The notes under the pieces: model-generated | The model's input: the letters and a program-made list of their open reading frames with translations, nothing else | Databases searched by the model: none | What the model was told of the DNA's origin: nothing | Shown: positions 1 to 9,995 of the stretch, piece by piece | Position numbering within the stretch: position 1 is the first letter of the stretch | Layout of the letters: every line of letters begins with the position of its first letter | DNA from: an uncultured Candidatus Rokubacteria bacterium | Lineage (GTDB): Bacteria; Methylomirabilota; Methylomirabilia; Rokubacteriales; DASRDR01 | Reading direction: 5' to 3' | Length of the DNA: 64,000 nt | Assembly: GCA_963708025.1 (NCBI GenBank) | Contig: CAVPSB010000013.1 | Span: 192,001 to 256,000, forward strand | Position numbers and translations under genes: made by a program

Positions 1-2
1 AG

Positions 3-428
3 CCGCTGCTGGAGCTCTCCGCCACGCAGGAGGCGGAAGGCCTCGGCGACGCGCCGTGGCCGCCCCACTACGCCAAGCAGCCGGACGAGCCGTCCCGCGT
101 CGCACCGTCACGAGCGAAGAGCGAGCGAATCCCCCGCGGTGGCCGGGTCTCGACGAAGCCGCTCGTCGAGATCGGCCGGGCGCAGAGGCAAGAGGATGCT
201 CTGGCCGGGCTCGAGCGATGGAAGGCGCGCCACCCCGAGGCCGCCCGGCACCTCCAGCCCGCTGACGTGCTCGTCGACTCGATGCGGGGCCGCTCCTCGA
301 CCTGGACTCGCGTCCGAGTGAACCTGGAGCACGTGCCCGAGACACTCCGCCCGGAGCAGGAGCCCCTCGATCCGGACGGCCCGCTTTCCTACACGTCATC
401 CCCTCCGCGCCGATCGCGAAGGACATGA
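3..428 (+). CDS. 3' end of LigD-type primase-polymerase (PolD/Prim-Pol family), truncated by the window start
   Basis: Frame from base 3 reads PLLELSA..GLGDAPWPPHYAKQPDEPSRVAPSR..PLVEIGRA..ALAGLERWKARHPEAARHLQPADVLVDSMRGRSSTWTRVRVNLEHVP, resembling the C-terminus of actinobacterial stand-alone PolD proteins. TGA at 426-428; converges on ligC. Not in the ORF track. Confidence 0.75.
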   Translation, partial: PLLELSATQEAEGLGDAPWPPHYAKQPDEPSRVAPSRAKSERIPRGGRVSTKPLVEIGRAQRQEDALAGLERWKARHPEAARHLQPADVLVDSMRGRSSTWTRVRVNLEHVPETLRPEQEPLDPDGPLSYTSSPPRRSRRT

Positions 429-491
429 CGGTCTCGCCCGGGCGCCGCCGGCTCCGGGCGGCAGGGCGACGTCGGGCTGAGGGCGCGGGGT

Positions 492-1566
492 CTATCCCCG
501 GGTCTCCCCGAAGATCTCGGTCAGCTCCGCCGGAGGCGTGACCTCGAGCTGGTCGTAGCGGCAGTCCGCGGGCCGCTTGTCCGGCCGCCAGCGCACGAAG
601 GTCGCCGCGTGCCGGAAGCGGTCGCCCTGCAGATGGTCGTACGTGACCTCACACACGCGCTCGATGCGCAGCGGCTCCCACGAGAGGTCCTTCCCCTGGC
701 TCCACCGGCTGGTGCGCGCCGGGCATGCGGGTCGAGCCATCGCCCGCCGCCGCCCACTCGCGCCAGGGATGTCCCTCGAGCGCGTTCTTGCGCAGCGGCG
801 CCAGATCCTTCGCCAGCTGGCGGCGCACCGCCGTCGTGAAGGACGACGTCACCCCGACGTGGTGCAGCCCGCCCGCCGCGTCGTAGAGCCCGAGGAGCAG
901 CGAGCCGACGAGCTCGCCGGGGCCCTTCTTGTACCAGCGGAAGCCCGCGACCACGCAGTCGGCCGTGCGCGCGTGCTTGACCTTGATCATCACGCGCTTG
1001 CCGGGCTGGTACGTCGTGCTCTCGTGCTTGGCGATGACCCCGTCGAGCCCGGCGCCTTCGAAGCGGTGGAACCAGTCCTGCGCCACGGCCCGGTCGCGGC
1101 TGCACGGGGTGAGATGGACGCGGCCGCCGGCGCGCGCGAGCGCCTCCTCGAGCTGCGCCCGGCGCTCGGCCTGCGGCCGGGAGCGCAGGTCGCGGTCACC
1201 CTCCGCCAGAAGATCGAAGGCGACGAACGACGACGGCGTCTCGACCGCGAGCTTGGCCACCCGCGAGGCCGCCGGGTGCAGGCGCAGCTGGAGCGCGTCG
1301 AAGTCCAGCCCGTGCCCGGTGGCGATCACGATCTCGCCGTCGACGACGCAGCGCTCGGGCAGGGTGGCCAGCAGGGGCGCCGCCAGCTCGGGGAAGTAGC
1401 GATCGAGCGGCCGCAGGTCACGGCTCTGCAGGTAGAGCCGGTCGCCGTCGCGGAACACGATCGCGCGGAACCCGTCCCACTTCGGCTCGAAGAGCCACCC
1501 GTCGCCGGCCGGCAGCTCACTCGCAAGCTTCGCCAGCATCGGCTCGATCGGCGGCTCGAGGATCAC
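492..1566 (-). CDS. ligC: ATP-dependent DNA ligase LigC (one frameshift near 715)
   Basis: PIEPMLAK, motif I EPKWDGFR, EGAGLDGVIAK, KVKHARTADCVV. The C-terminal SRWSQGKDLSWEPLR..RFRH..RWRPDK lies in another frame. GTG overlaps the xth stop. Confidence 0.88.
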
Positions 1567-2438
1567 CGCGAGCGCCGCGCGGCGATGCGCGCTTCGGCGG
1601 AGACCCAGCCCGCGTCGAAGTGGCACCCCGGCTCGTCGAGGTCGATCACGAGCGGCGCGTGGTCCGAGGGAAGCGGCTTGCCCTTGCGCGCCTCGCGGTC
1701 GATCTCGGCCCACACGACGCGACTCGCGAGCGGCGCCGACACCAGGAGGTGGTCGATGCGCATGCCGAAGTTCTTGTGGAAGTTGCCGGCGCGGTAGTCC
1801 CACCAGGTGTAGCGCCCGGGCTCGGGGTGCTGCCGGCGATAGATGTCGACGAGCCCCCAGTCGCAGAGCCGCGCGAAGGCCTTCCGCTCCGGCTCCGAGA
1901 CGTGGGTCCCGCCGTGGCAGGCCTGCGCGTCCCAGACGTCGATGTCCGCGGGCGCGACGTTCAGGTCGCCCCCGAGCACGAGAGGCTCGCTCGGGTCCAC
2001 CGCCTCGGCCAGCCAGCGGGCGAGGCGGTCGAACCAGGCCAGCTTGGCCTGATAGAAGACCGAGCCGACGCTCCGGCCGTTGGGCGCGTACAGGCACACG
2101 ACGCGGACGCCGCCGCACACGGCCGAGATCATCCGCGCCTCCGCGAACGGCTCGTCGTCGCCCACGTCCTCGGTGCGGGCGGGGCGCAGCGGATCGCCGA
2201 AGTTCGTCACCACGTCCTCGATGCCACAGCGGCTCGCGATGGCGACGCCGTTCCACTGACCCTCGCCGTGATGCGCCAGCGCATAGCCGGCGCGGTGGAA
2301 CACGTCGGCCGGGGCCTCGGCGTCCGCCAGCTTCGTCTCCTGCATCAACACCACGTCCGGCCGGGCACGCTCGAGCCACCAGGTGACCTTGTCCAGGCGG
2401 GCCTTCAGCGAGTTGACGTTCCAGGTCGCTATCCGCAC
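1563..2438 (-). CDS. xth: Exodeoxyribonuclease III / AP endonuclease
   Basis: MRIATWNVNS, LMQETK, YAPNG, GDLNVA, YTWWDYR, RIDH, SDHAP. Confidence 0.95.
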   Translation of the reverse strand: MRIATWNVNSLKARLDKVTWWLERARPDVVLMQETKLADAEAPADVFHRAGYALAHHGEGQWNGVAIASRCGIEDVVTNFGDPLRPARTEDVGDDEPFAEARMISAVCGGVRVVCLYAPNGRSVGSVFYQAKLAWFDRLARWLAEAVDPSEPLVLGGDLNVAPADIDVWDAQACHGGTHVSEPERKAFARLCDWGLVDIYRRQHPEPGRYTWWDYRAGNFHKNFGMRIDHLLVSAPLASRVVWAEIDREARKGKPLPSDHAPLVIDLDEPGCHFDAGWVSAEARIAARRSR

Positions 2439-2699
2439 GGACCTAGGTTACCGCGTCCCGGTCCGCCGCGACACGGGTGGCGTCCCGCACGAGGGTCCTC
2501 GCCGGGCGCCGCAGGTCCTGGGCGGACGGACGGCGCGACCGCTGGCGCTGCCCGCATGGCCGCGGAACGCTCGGGGAGCAAGAGCTCCCGCGCTGCTCCC
2601 GCTTATTGGACCTTGCTCCCATGCTCGGCCGGGGACTCGCCGGGCCACGGAGCGGATGGGCCGCCCTCGCCGCGGTCCTCGACGGAGCCTGGGACCGAC

Positions 2700-2872
2700 C
2701 GCACCGTGACTCGCGGAGACACCCGGCCCTCGGCGACTTTCTTGTCGTTGATGAAGAGGGCCACCCTTCCCGGTGCCGCCCCCATCGTAGGCGAAGTCGA
2801 GGCGCACTGTGCTCTTGCCGGCGGGCACCGCCTCGCTCGAGGCGATGACGTAGCGGTGCTCCTCGAACGCGT
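2700..2872 (-). pseudogene. Remnant resembling an arylsulfatase C-terminal domain
   Basis: NAFEEHRYVIASSEAVPAGKSTVRLDFAYDGGGTGKGG then, in another frame, VALFINDKKVAEGRV. No N-terminal portion. Confidence 0.55.
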
Positions 2873-2914
2873 TTGGTCGCCGCGATGCCGTCGCGAGCCG
2901 GCCACGATCCGAGC

Positions 2915-3000
2915 TCAAAACTGGTAGGCCATGGTGAACGTGGCGACGTGGCTGCGGAAGCGGTCCTTGGCGTAGTACTCGTAGGAAGCCTTCGGCCGGC
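2915..3000 (-). pseudogene. Remnant resembling the last strands of an outer-membrane beta-barrel
   Basis: KASYEYYAKDRFRSHVATFTMAYQF*, an alternating pattern ending in Y-x-F; no start or body. Confidence 0.35.
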
Positions 3001-3118
3001 AGTCTGGACGTCGCCAGGTCGAGGAAGCTGCCCAGACGAGAGCATCTGCATCGGATCCCGTGGGAAGCGTAGACGAAACTCGCTGTGAAGGCGCGCACAC
3101 CGGCAGCTTCAACGCGAA

Positions 3119-3149
3119 CGCGGGGCTGCAGATGCGCTGCAACCCCGCG
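3119..3149 (-). terminator. Hairpin just downstream of tRNA-Gly
   Basis: CGCGGGGCTGCAG-ATGCG-CTGCAACCCCGCG; no U-tract. Confidence 0.45.
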
Positions 3150-3156
3150 TCGTCGT

Positions 3157-3231
<75 letters not shown>

Positions 3232-3240
3232 ATCTGTCGG

Positions 3241-3270
3241 ATTCTAGTCGCGGCGGCTCGCGGCTGTCAA
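3241..3270 (-). promoter_or_regulatory. Sigma70-type promoter of tRNA-Gly
   Basis: TTGACA-N18-TAGAAT, 9 nt before the tRNA. Confidence 0.75.
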
Positions 3271-4727
3271 CCGTGGCGATCCTCCTCGCCCCGCAGCCAG
3301 TCCAGGGCCGCCTCGCGCGTCCGGACGAGGCCGAGGGCCTGGGCCTCGCGGACACGGTCGAGCAGCCGGCCGACCTCGGGCCCGGGATCCAGGCCGAAGG
3401 CGGCCATCACGTCCTCGCCGCGGAGCAGCGGCGGCTCGGCGGCCTCGCGCGCCGCCTCGACCTCGCCGCCGAGCAGCGACTCCAGGAGCGCGCGCGTCTC
3501 GCCCCGGTAGACCCGCCCCGGCGGCCGGCCGTCGGTCCCCGCGGCGTCCGCGATGGTGAGACAGATCAGCTCGGGCACCTCGTCCCCCAGGTCGCGGAAG
3601 AACCGGTAACGCGCGCGGCGAGTGACCTCGGGTACGAGCCCCAGGTGCATCGGCCGTAGGTGCTGGCGGACGAGGCGCTCGAGGACGCGGACCGCCCGCG
3701 CCGGCCAGCGGAGACGCTCGGCGATGGCCACGGCCCGGTCGGCACCGAGCCGGTCGTGGCCCGTGAAGCGGACCCGGCCGTCGGGGTCCACGCTCCGTGT
3801 CTCGGGCTTGCCGACGTCGTGGAGCAGCACCGCCATCGCGAGCACCTCCCGGCGGGTGAGTCTGCCGCCGAGGGCCTCCGCGAGATGGGCGCCCACGCGG
3901 GCGTCGTGGGGCGCGAGCAGCGCGAGGTCCGCCAGCAGCGCGTCGAGCGCCCCGAGCGCCCGGAGCGAGTGCTCCCACACCGTGAACCGGTGAGGCGCGG
4001 ACTGGGTGGTCGCTCGCATCGCCGCGGTCTCGGGCAGGAGCGTCCCGACCAGCGACCAGGCATCGGCCTCGCGTAGCGCCGGCTCGGTCCGCGGGAGCCG
4101 CAGGAGTCGGGTCAGCTCGTCCCGCACACGCTCGGCGGCGACGCCGGTGACGGCCGGGACCGCCGCGCGCGCCAGCCGCTCGGTCTCGCCCTCGATGGCG
4201 AAGCCGAGCGCGTGGCGAAGCCGGAGGAGCCTGAGCACGCGCGCCGGATCCTCGGTGAACGCGCGGGGGCCGCATGCGCGGAGTCGGCGGGCGGCGAGGT
4301 CGGCGAGGCCCCCGGTCGCGTCCACGACGGGCGCCGGGCCACGCAGGAGATCGGCGAGCGACACGGCGAGCGCGTCGACGGTGACGTCGCGACCGCGCAG
4401 GTCCGCCTCGAGGCTCGGACCACGGAAGTCGGCGAGGTCGAGGACCGCGGGCGCCGGCTCCCCCACCACGACCCGCGCCATCCCGTGAGGCTCGCCCAGC
4501 GGCACGAAGGCACCTCCGAGCCGGTCGGCGAGCCGGCGGGCCGCGTCCACGCTCCCGGCCGGGAGCGCGAGGTCGAGGTCGGCCTCGACGGGTCGCCCGA
4601 GGACGGCGTCACGCACCGCGCCGCCGACCAGCCAGACCGGGCCGTCGAGCACCTCGGCCGCCGCGGCCAGGACGCGCGCGGCGGCGCCGAGGGCGCCCAG
4701 GCTGACGGTGGCGGTCGGGGCGGCCAC
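3267..4727 (-). CDS. CCA/poly(A) polymerase-family nucleotidyltransferase with HD domain
   Basis: LVGGAVRD, DLDLA, DLRGRDVTVDALA, EDPARVLR, AERVRDEL, LLHDVGK. Confidence 0.88.
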   Translation of the reverse strand: MAAPTATVSLGALGAAARVLAAAAEVLDGPVWLVGGAVRDAVLGRPVEADLDLALPAGSVDAARRLADRLGGAFVPLGEPHGMARVVVGEPAPAVLDLADFRGPSLEADLRGRDVTVDALAVSLADLLRGPAPVVDATGGLADLAARRLRACGPRAFTEDPARVLRLLRLRHALGFAIEGETERLARAAVPAVTGVAAERVRDELTRLLRLPRTEPALREADAWSLVGTLLPETAAMRATTQSAPHRFTVWEHSLRALGALDALLADLALLAPHDARVGAHLAEALGGRLTRREVLAMAVLLHDVGKPETRSVDPDGRVRFTGHDRLGADRAVAIAERLRWPARAVRVLERLVRQHLRPMHLGLVPEVTRRARYRFFRDLGDEVPELICLTIADAAGTDGRPPGRVYRGETRALLESLLGGEVEAAREAAEPPLLRGEDVMAAFGLDPGPEVGRLLDRVREAQALGLVRTREAALDWLRGEEDRHG

Positions 4728-4745
4728 GGGCCCGACGCTCCGCCC

Positions 4746-6103
4746 TCAGCCGGCCATGTAGCCGCCGTGCCGGGCGGCGAAGCGACCCCAGGCCGCCTCG
4801 GCCGCCACCTGGGCCCGGTCGACCAGCGCCGCCGCGTCCACCGTCCGGAGCTGTCGGTCGTCGACGACGACCGCCCCGTCCACCAGGACCATCTCGACGT
4901 CACGGGCGTGGGCGTGATAGACGAGGTTCTGGATGGGCTCGAGCGTGGGCGTGAGGCCGAACGCCCGGTAGTCGACGACGACGAGGTCGGCCCGCTTGCC
5001 CACCTCCAGCGACCCGATCTCGCGCTCCATCCCGAGGGCCCGGGCGCCACCCATCGTGGCCAGCTCGACGGCCTCCATCGACGGCATGGTCACGGCGTCC
5101 TGGGCCCGGATCCGGGCGACCAGGACGCAGGCCCGCACCACGTCGAAGAAGTCGGCGAACATGTTGTCGATGCCGAGGCTCACCGTCACGCCGCGGCGCC
5201 GGAGATCCTGGACCGGCGCGACGCAGCCACGGACCGCGTTCATCAGGGGGCAGTGCGCCACCGCGGCCCCCGACCGGGCGAGCAGCTCCACGTCGCCCTC
5301 CTCGATGTGGTAGCAGTGCGCGACGACGACGTCCGGACCCAGGAAGCCCTCGTCCACCAGGAAGCGGACGGGCGGCTTGCCGTAGAGCTGCCGGGTAGCG
5401 GCGGCCTCCGCCGGGCCCCAGCCGAGGTGGATGCTCAGGCGCAGGCCGAGCCGCTCGGCCGCCTGGCGGACGGCGCGGAGCTGGGCCGGCGAGGAGCTCA
5501 GCACCATGTTCGGCGTCATCATGGCGGTGATGCGTCCGCCGGCGCCGCCGTGCCAGCGCTCCGCGAACCCCACCGCCTGCCGGAGCTGGGCGTCCCCCAC
5601 CGCCGGGTCGAAGCGGTAAGCGGCGCGCCGCAGACCCTCGACCTCGACGTCGAGGATCATCACGCCCATCGCGCTCCGGATGCCCAGCTCGGCGACGAAC
5701 GGCGCGTAGACGTCGGCGTCTTCCTCCATCTCCAGCACGGTCGTCACGCCGCTTCGCAGGAGCTCCGCGTAGGTCAGCGCGCCCACCGCCAGCCGCTCCT
5801 CCCGGGAGAGGATCGCCGCCATCGGGAAGTACTGGCCGGTCACGCAGCCGAGGCCGGCGTCCTCCGCGCGGCCCCGGAAGATGGTGTAGCCGACGTGGGT
5901 GTGGCTGCTGACGAAGCCGGGCAGCACCAGCTTGCGACGCCCGTCGACGACCCGGTCGGCGAGCGGGGTGACGCCGGCGGACCGCGTCGCTCGGTCCCAC
6001 GTCGACGATGCGCGGTCCCTCCACGTAGACGGCGCCCGGGGCGAACACCCGGCGCTCGGCGTTCAACGGTGACGACGGTGGCGTCGTGGATCAGTAGGGA
6101 CAT
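4746..6103 (-). CDS. Amidohydrolase, MTA/SAH-deaminase-like (two 5' frameshifts near 6064 and 5960)
   Basis: MSLLIHDATVVTV / NAERRVFAPGAVYVEGPRIVDVG / LPGFVSSHTH; IHLG, AHC, LGID, GSLEVGKRADLV. Confidence 0.85.
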
Positions 6104-6169
6104 TTGGGACCTCCCACCTACCCCCCCCAACCCCCCTCCCCCACCCACCGGGGGGAGGGGGGAGCCGGA
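6104..6169 (-). repeat. REP-like element family A
   Basis: TCCGGCTCCCCCC..CCCC/GTGGGGGAGGGGGG..GGGAGGTCCCAA; its GGAGG lies just upstream of the amidohydrolase ATG. Confidence 0.85.
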
Positions 6170-6259
6170 AGGGCCGGCTGCTTCGTTGCTTCGGACGCTG
6201 TCAGTGCCCTAAAGAAATGCCGGCAGCTCCCAGTCCGACCGCCCACCGGCTTCTCGCAA

Positions 6260-6366
6260 GCCCCCTGGCTCCGGCGCGCGGCCGGGCGTTCCGCTCCGAG
6301 CCGCGGCTACGCCGCGGCCTCCGAGGGGGGGAATCGGGGGGGTCTTCCGAGACCCCCCCGAGGTTC
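6260..6366. repeat. REP-like element family B
   Basis: GGCTCCGGCGCGCGGCC..GCCGCGGCCTCCGAGGGGGGG..GGGGGGGTCTTCCGAGACCCCCCCGA; similar at 21295 and 23093. Confidence 0.8.
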
Positions 6367-7092
6367 TCAGTGGTGCTCGAGGAGGCGTCCGAATCCGCGC
6401 AGCCGCTCGCCGATGCCGGCCCGGCGGAGCGTGTGCCAGATCGTGGCCTGGTTGCTGGTGACGACCGGCTTGCCGGTGTCGGCCTCCAGGGCGGCGATGA
6501 CCGGCAGCGTCGGGAAGTTGGTGCAGCTCACGAACAGGCAGTCCACGTCGGGGCCGTTGACCTCGCGGGCCAGGCGGTACGCCGTCTGGGGCGACTGGGC
6601 GCCGATCTCGCGGTCGTCCCGGATCCCGAGCCCCCGGATGGCCCGCACCTCGTAGCCGAGGGCCTGGAAGAAGTCGCACTCCCGCCGGTTCAGCTCGTCG
6701 AGGTACGGGGTCGCGATGGCGAGCCGCCGCACGCCGAGCGTCTCGAAGGCGGCCAGCACCGCCGTCGAGGTCGTCGTGGCCGGGACGCCGGTCCGGCTCT
6801 CCATCCGGTCGCGCAGGACCTTGTCCCAACCCGGCCCCTTGATCAGGCTGCCGGTGGTGCAGGCGAAGGCGATGATCCGCGGGCGGGCCCAGGCGAGCTG
6901 CTCGGCGGCCGCCTCCAGGTCGGACGACTCCGTCATGGCGACCAGCGCGGCCTCCGTCGTCTCGCCGGCGGGCAGGACGAGCCGCGAGGAGATCGGGACG
7001 ACCCCCGGCGGCACCACCTGGTAGTACTCGTGAAGGATCGTGGCGCTGGTCGCCAGGTCGATGACGCCGATGACCGCGCGCCAGCCGTACAT
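6367..7092 (-). CDS. Maleate isomerase / Asp-Glu racemase family protein (EutA-like)
   Basis: Two catalytic Cys motifs FACTTGS and VSCTNF; ATPY; GKPVVTSNQA. Confidence 0.85.
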   Translation of the reverse strand: MYGWRAVIGVIDLATSATILHEYYQVVPPGVVPISSRLVLPAGETTEAALVAMTESSDLEAAAEQLAWARPRIIAFACTTGSLIKGPGWDKVLRDRMESRTGVPATTTSTAVLAAFETLGVRRLAIATPYLDELNRRECDFFQALGYEVRAIRGLGIRDDREIGAQSPQTAYRLAREVNGPDVDCLFVSCTNFPTLPVIAALEADTGKPVVTSNQATIWHTLRRAGIGERLRGFGRLLEHH

Positions 7093-7096
7093 GGCG

Positions 7097-8257
7097 CTAC
7101 TTCACGAGGAGCTTGCGGGGGAGCGTCGTGAACTCCTCGCAGCCGGTCTCGGTCACCCGCACGGTCGCGCTGAACCCGATGCCCACCTCCCGATAGATCA
7201 GGCAGAGGGGCACCATGTGGAAGGTCATGTTGGTCTCGAGCGGCGTCGGCTCCCCGCGTCGCAGGCTCAGGATCTCCCCTTCCCCCCAGTCGGGCGGGAA
7301 GTTGACGCCGATCGAGTAGCCGGTCCGGTGGGTGAAGTACTTCCCGAAGCCGGCCCGCTCGATCACGCCGCGGCAGGCGGCATCGACGGTCTCGCAGGCG
7401 ACCCCGGGCTTGATCGCCGCCATCCCCGCCTCCAGCCCCCCGATGACGGCGTCGGCCAGCGCGCGGACCCGCGACCCCGGCTCGCCGGCGGCCACGCAGC
7501 GCATGATGGCGGCCGAGTAGCGGAACTTGGCCGCCGACACCTCGAAGTAGACGGGGTCCCCAGCCTGGATCCGGCGGCCCCGCCACGTCCCGTGTGGCAG
7601 GCACGTCCGCTCGCCCGACAGGACGAACGGCGGCAGCCCCATGTACTCGCTACCGTTGGCGATGGCGACGCGATGGATCTCGGCCGCCACCTCGTCCTCG
7701 GTGCGGCCGACCGCCACCGCGTCGATGCCGGCCTGGGTCGCGAGGTCGGCGATGCGGGCGGCCCGGCGCATCATCGCGATCTCCTCGCCCGACTTCACGA
7801 CGCGCGCCCGCCACACCACCGACGTGGCGTCCACGAGCGTCGCCCGGGGAAGAGCCGCCCGCAGCGCCTCGTACTCCTCGACCGAGAAGTACCAGCCGGC
7901 CTTCTCCACGCCGATCCGCTTGCCGGCGACGCCGAGCCGCTCGAGCGTTCGGGCGGTGACCTGGGTCGGCTGCTCGTGGTCCTCGACCGGTGCCGTGCGG
8001 GCGAGCCAGGAGAACTCCCAGGCGTTCACCTCCTCGAAGCGCCGGAGGACGAGCACCGGCTCGTCGTCCGACAGCAGGAGGGCGTGGTACTTGTAGTAGC
8101 CCGGTGTCTCGTAGCCGGTCAGGTAGCAGATGTTCTCCGGGCTGCGCACCACGAGGGCGTCCACGCCGAGCCGCCGCATGCCGTCCCGGACCGCGTCGTA
8201 ACGGCGCCGGTACTCCGCGAGCGAGAAGCCGAGCCGATCGTGGGCCTTCATCTCCAT
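7097..8257 (-). CDS. M24 (pita-bread fold) hydrolase, ectoine hydrolase DoeA/creatinase-like
   Basis: FSLAEYRRR, PENICYLTGY, VKSGEEI, PHGTW, HRTGYSIGVNFPPDWGE, NMTFH. Confidence 0.8.
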   Translation of the reverse strand: MEMKAHDRLGFSLAEYRRRYDAVRDGMRRLGVDALVVRSPENICYLTGYETPGYYKYHALLLSDDEPVLVLRRFEEVNAWEFSWLARTAPVEDHEQPTQVTARTLERLGVAGKRIGVEKAGWYFSVEEYEALRAALPRATLVDATSVVWRARVVKSGEEIAMMRRAARIADLATQAGIDAVAVGRTEDEVAAEIHRVAIANGSEYMGLPPFVLSGERTCLPHGTWRGRRIQAGDPVYFEVSAAKFRYSAAIMRCVAAGEPGSRVRALADAVIGGLEAGMAAIKPGVACETVDAACRGVIERAGFGKYFTHRTGYSIGVNFPPDWGEGEILSLRRGEPTPLETNMTFHMVPLCLIYREVGIGFSATVRVTETGCEEFTTLPRKLLVK

Positions 8258-8301
8258 GTCGTCGTCTCCCTCCTGACCGGTCGCCTGCCGGTGGTGTCGA
8301 G

Positions 8302-8331
8302 ATTCTACGGGCGGCTCCGCCAGGCGGTCAA
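8302..8331 (-). promoter_or_regulatory. Sigma70-type promoter of the M24 operon
   Basis: TTGACC-N18-TAGAAT. Confidence 0.65.
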
Positions 8332-8405
8332 CCGCGTCCCGACTGTCGTGTCGCGTCGTGTCCCTTCGTTGACCGCGGCCGGCCCGCCCTGATACGGTGA
8401 GCGCC

Positions 8406-9284
8406 GTGCCCGAGCGACGGCGGCTGGTCGGCTACCTGCTCGTCGCCGGCGCCGCCGCCTCGTGGGGAGCCCAGGCCGTCGTCGTGAAGCTCCTGCTGAG
8501 CTCCGGGCTCCCCGCCGCCGGCCTCGTCAGCACGCGGACCGCGCTGGCGGGCGTGCTCGTCGTGGCGACCCTCGCCGCGGTCAACCCGGGGCTCCTCCGC
8601 GTCGGCCGCGGCGACCTCGGACGGCTGGTCGTGCTCGGGCTCATCGGCATGGCGTTCTCCAACTACACCTACTACTTCGCCCTCCAGCGCATCCCGGTGG
8701 CGACCGCCGCGCTGCTCATCTACACCGCGCCGCTCATCGTACTGGCCGCGTCCGTCGTGTTCCTCGGCGAGCCGCTCGAGCGGCGGGACGTGCTGGCGGC
8801 GGTGCTCACGTTGGCCGGCGCGGCGCTGATCGTCCGAGCCTACCAGCCGGCGGCGCTCGAGCTCGACCTGGCCGGGGTCACCGCGAGCATCCTGAACGCG
8901 TTCGCCTGGGCCTTCTACAGCCTCTGGGGGAAGACCCTCTCCCCGCGCGTGCCGCCCTGGACGATCATGGCGTACTCGCTCGCCACCGGCACCGCGTTCT
9001 GGGTCCTGGTGGCCCCGCCGTGGCGCCTGCTCCTCGTGCCGCACCCGCCGCGCGTCTGGGTCGGCATCGCGGTCGTGACCGTGTTCGGAACGCTCCTGCC
9101 CTTCGGCATGTTCCTGGCCGGCCTCGCACGGATCACCGCCGCCCACGCCAGCGTCACCGCGACCGTCGAGCCGGTGGTGGCGGCGGCCGTCGCCTTCGCC
9201 GTCCTCGGCGAGAGCCTCGAGTGGCCTCAGCTCGTGGGGAGCGCGCTCATCCTGGTCGGGATCGGCCTCCTCCACGCCCGCTGA
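8406..9284 (+). CDS. DMT/EamA family transporter (start 8406 if leaderless, else 8397)
   Basis: About 10 hydrophobic segments, ASWG, YTAPLIV, FLGEP, EPVVA..LGE; TTGACC-N18-TACGGT at 8369-8398. Confidence 0.9.
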   Translation: MPERRRLVGYLLVAGAAASWGAQAVVVKLLLSSGLPAAGLVSTRTALAGVLVVATLAAVNPGLLRVGRGDLGRLVVLGLIGMAFSNYTYYFALQRIPVATAALLIYTAPLIVLAASVVFLGEPLERRDVLAAVLTLAGAALIVRAYQPAALELDLAGVTASILNAFAWAFYSLWGKTLSPRVPPWTIMAYSLATGTAFWVLVAPPWRLLLVPHPPRVWVGIAVVTVFGTLLPFGMFLAGLARITAAHASVTATVEPVVAAAVAFAVLGESLEWPQLVGSALILVGIGLLHAR

Positions 9285-9289
9285 TTTTT

Positions 9290-9368
9290 TGGAACCTCCC
9301 TCCCACCCCCGAGCCCCCTCCCCCACCCACTGGGGGGAGGGGGAGCCGGAGAGCGATTCGTTCAGCCG
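9290..9368 (-). repeat. REP-like element family A between convergent genes
   Basis: Same CCCCCTCCCCC/GGGGGAGGGG arms and GGGAGGTTCC end. Confidence 0.8.
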
Positions 9369-9373
9369 CGCGA

Positions 9374-9883
9374 TCAGCCCTCGGCCAGGAACCCCGGCTC
9401 GAGGCGGACCTCGTGGAGGAACGTGACCGCCCCGGCGGGGTCCCGCTCGACGAGGCGCACGACGTCGGTCCCCTCCCAGAAGACGTACGCCGGCCGGGGG
9501 ACCTCGTACTCGAGCACCCGACCGTCACGCACGCGCACCACCCGGAGGAGTGGGCGGGCGCTCGCCGCGAGGTAGGCGTAGAAGCGGCCGTCCTCCCGCG
9601 CGGCCGCCGGCCGGGGGGGGTCATCGAGCACGCGGACCACCCGGCGCTCCCCCTGGACGAGCCAGGTCTCGTACCCGTGGTCCGTCCCCACGGGCTCGGC
9701 CCGGCTCGGATGCGGACCCATTTCGCGCACGGTCTCACCGGCGATCCGAACCGGGGTGCGGACGTGGTACGTCCTGACGCGGTAGCCGGCACCGACGGGG
9801 AGGTCGAAGGAAGCCTTGGTGTAGACCTGGCAGGACGCGGCCGCGGCGGCCACCGCCAGCGCCGTCGCGACGCCGCCGAGCAC
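9374..9883 (-). CDS. Hypothetical protein, possible lipoprotein (start uncertain)
   Basis: Hydrophobic N-terminus ending AAASC; normal amino-acid composition. Confidence 0.55.
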   Translation of the reverse strand: MLGGVATALAVAAAAASCQVYTKASFDLPVGAGYRVRTYHVRTPVRIAGETVREMGPHPSRAEPVGTDHGYETWLVQGERRVVRVLDDPPRPAAAREDGRFYAYLAASARPLLRVVRVRDGRVLEYEVPRPAYVFWEGTDVVRLVERDPAGAVTFLHEVRLEPGFLAEG

Positions 9884-9995
9884 GAGGACCCGGGTGGTGC
9901 GCAGGGGGAAACCTCCCGCCGATCCCCGCCTCCTCCTCGGTCCAAGGGCGGGGATCGCCTCGACCGACTCTATCAGAGTCCCGACGCCGGAACAG

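Noticed and set aside
649-2379. Apparent large fusions (649-2379, 17961-20471, 30760-33312, 39989-41647, 47548-50154)
   Set aside because: The N-terminal parts are off-frame reads of the upstream gene; real starts lie at stop/start overlaps.
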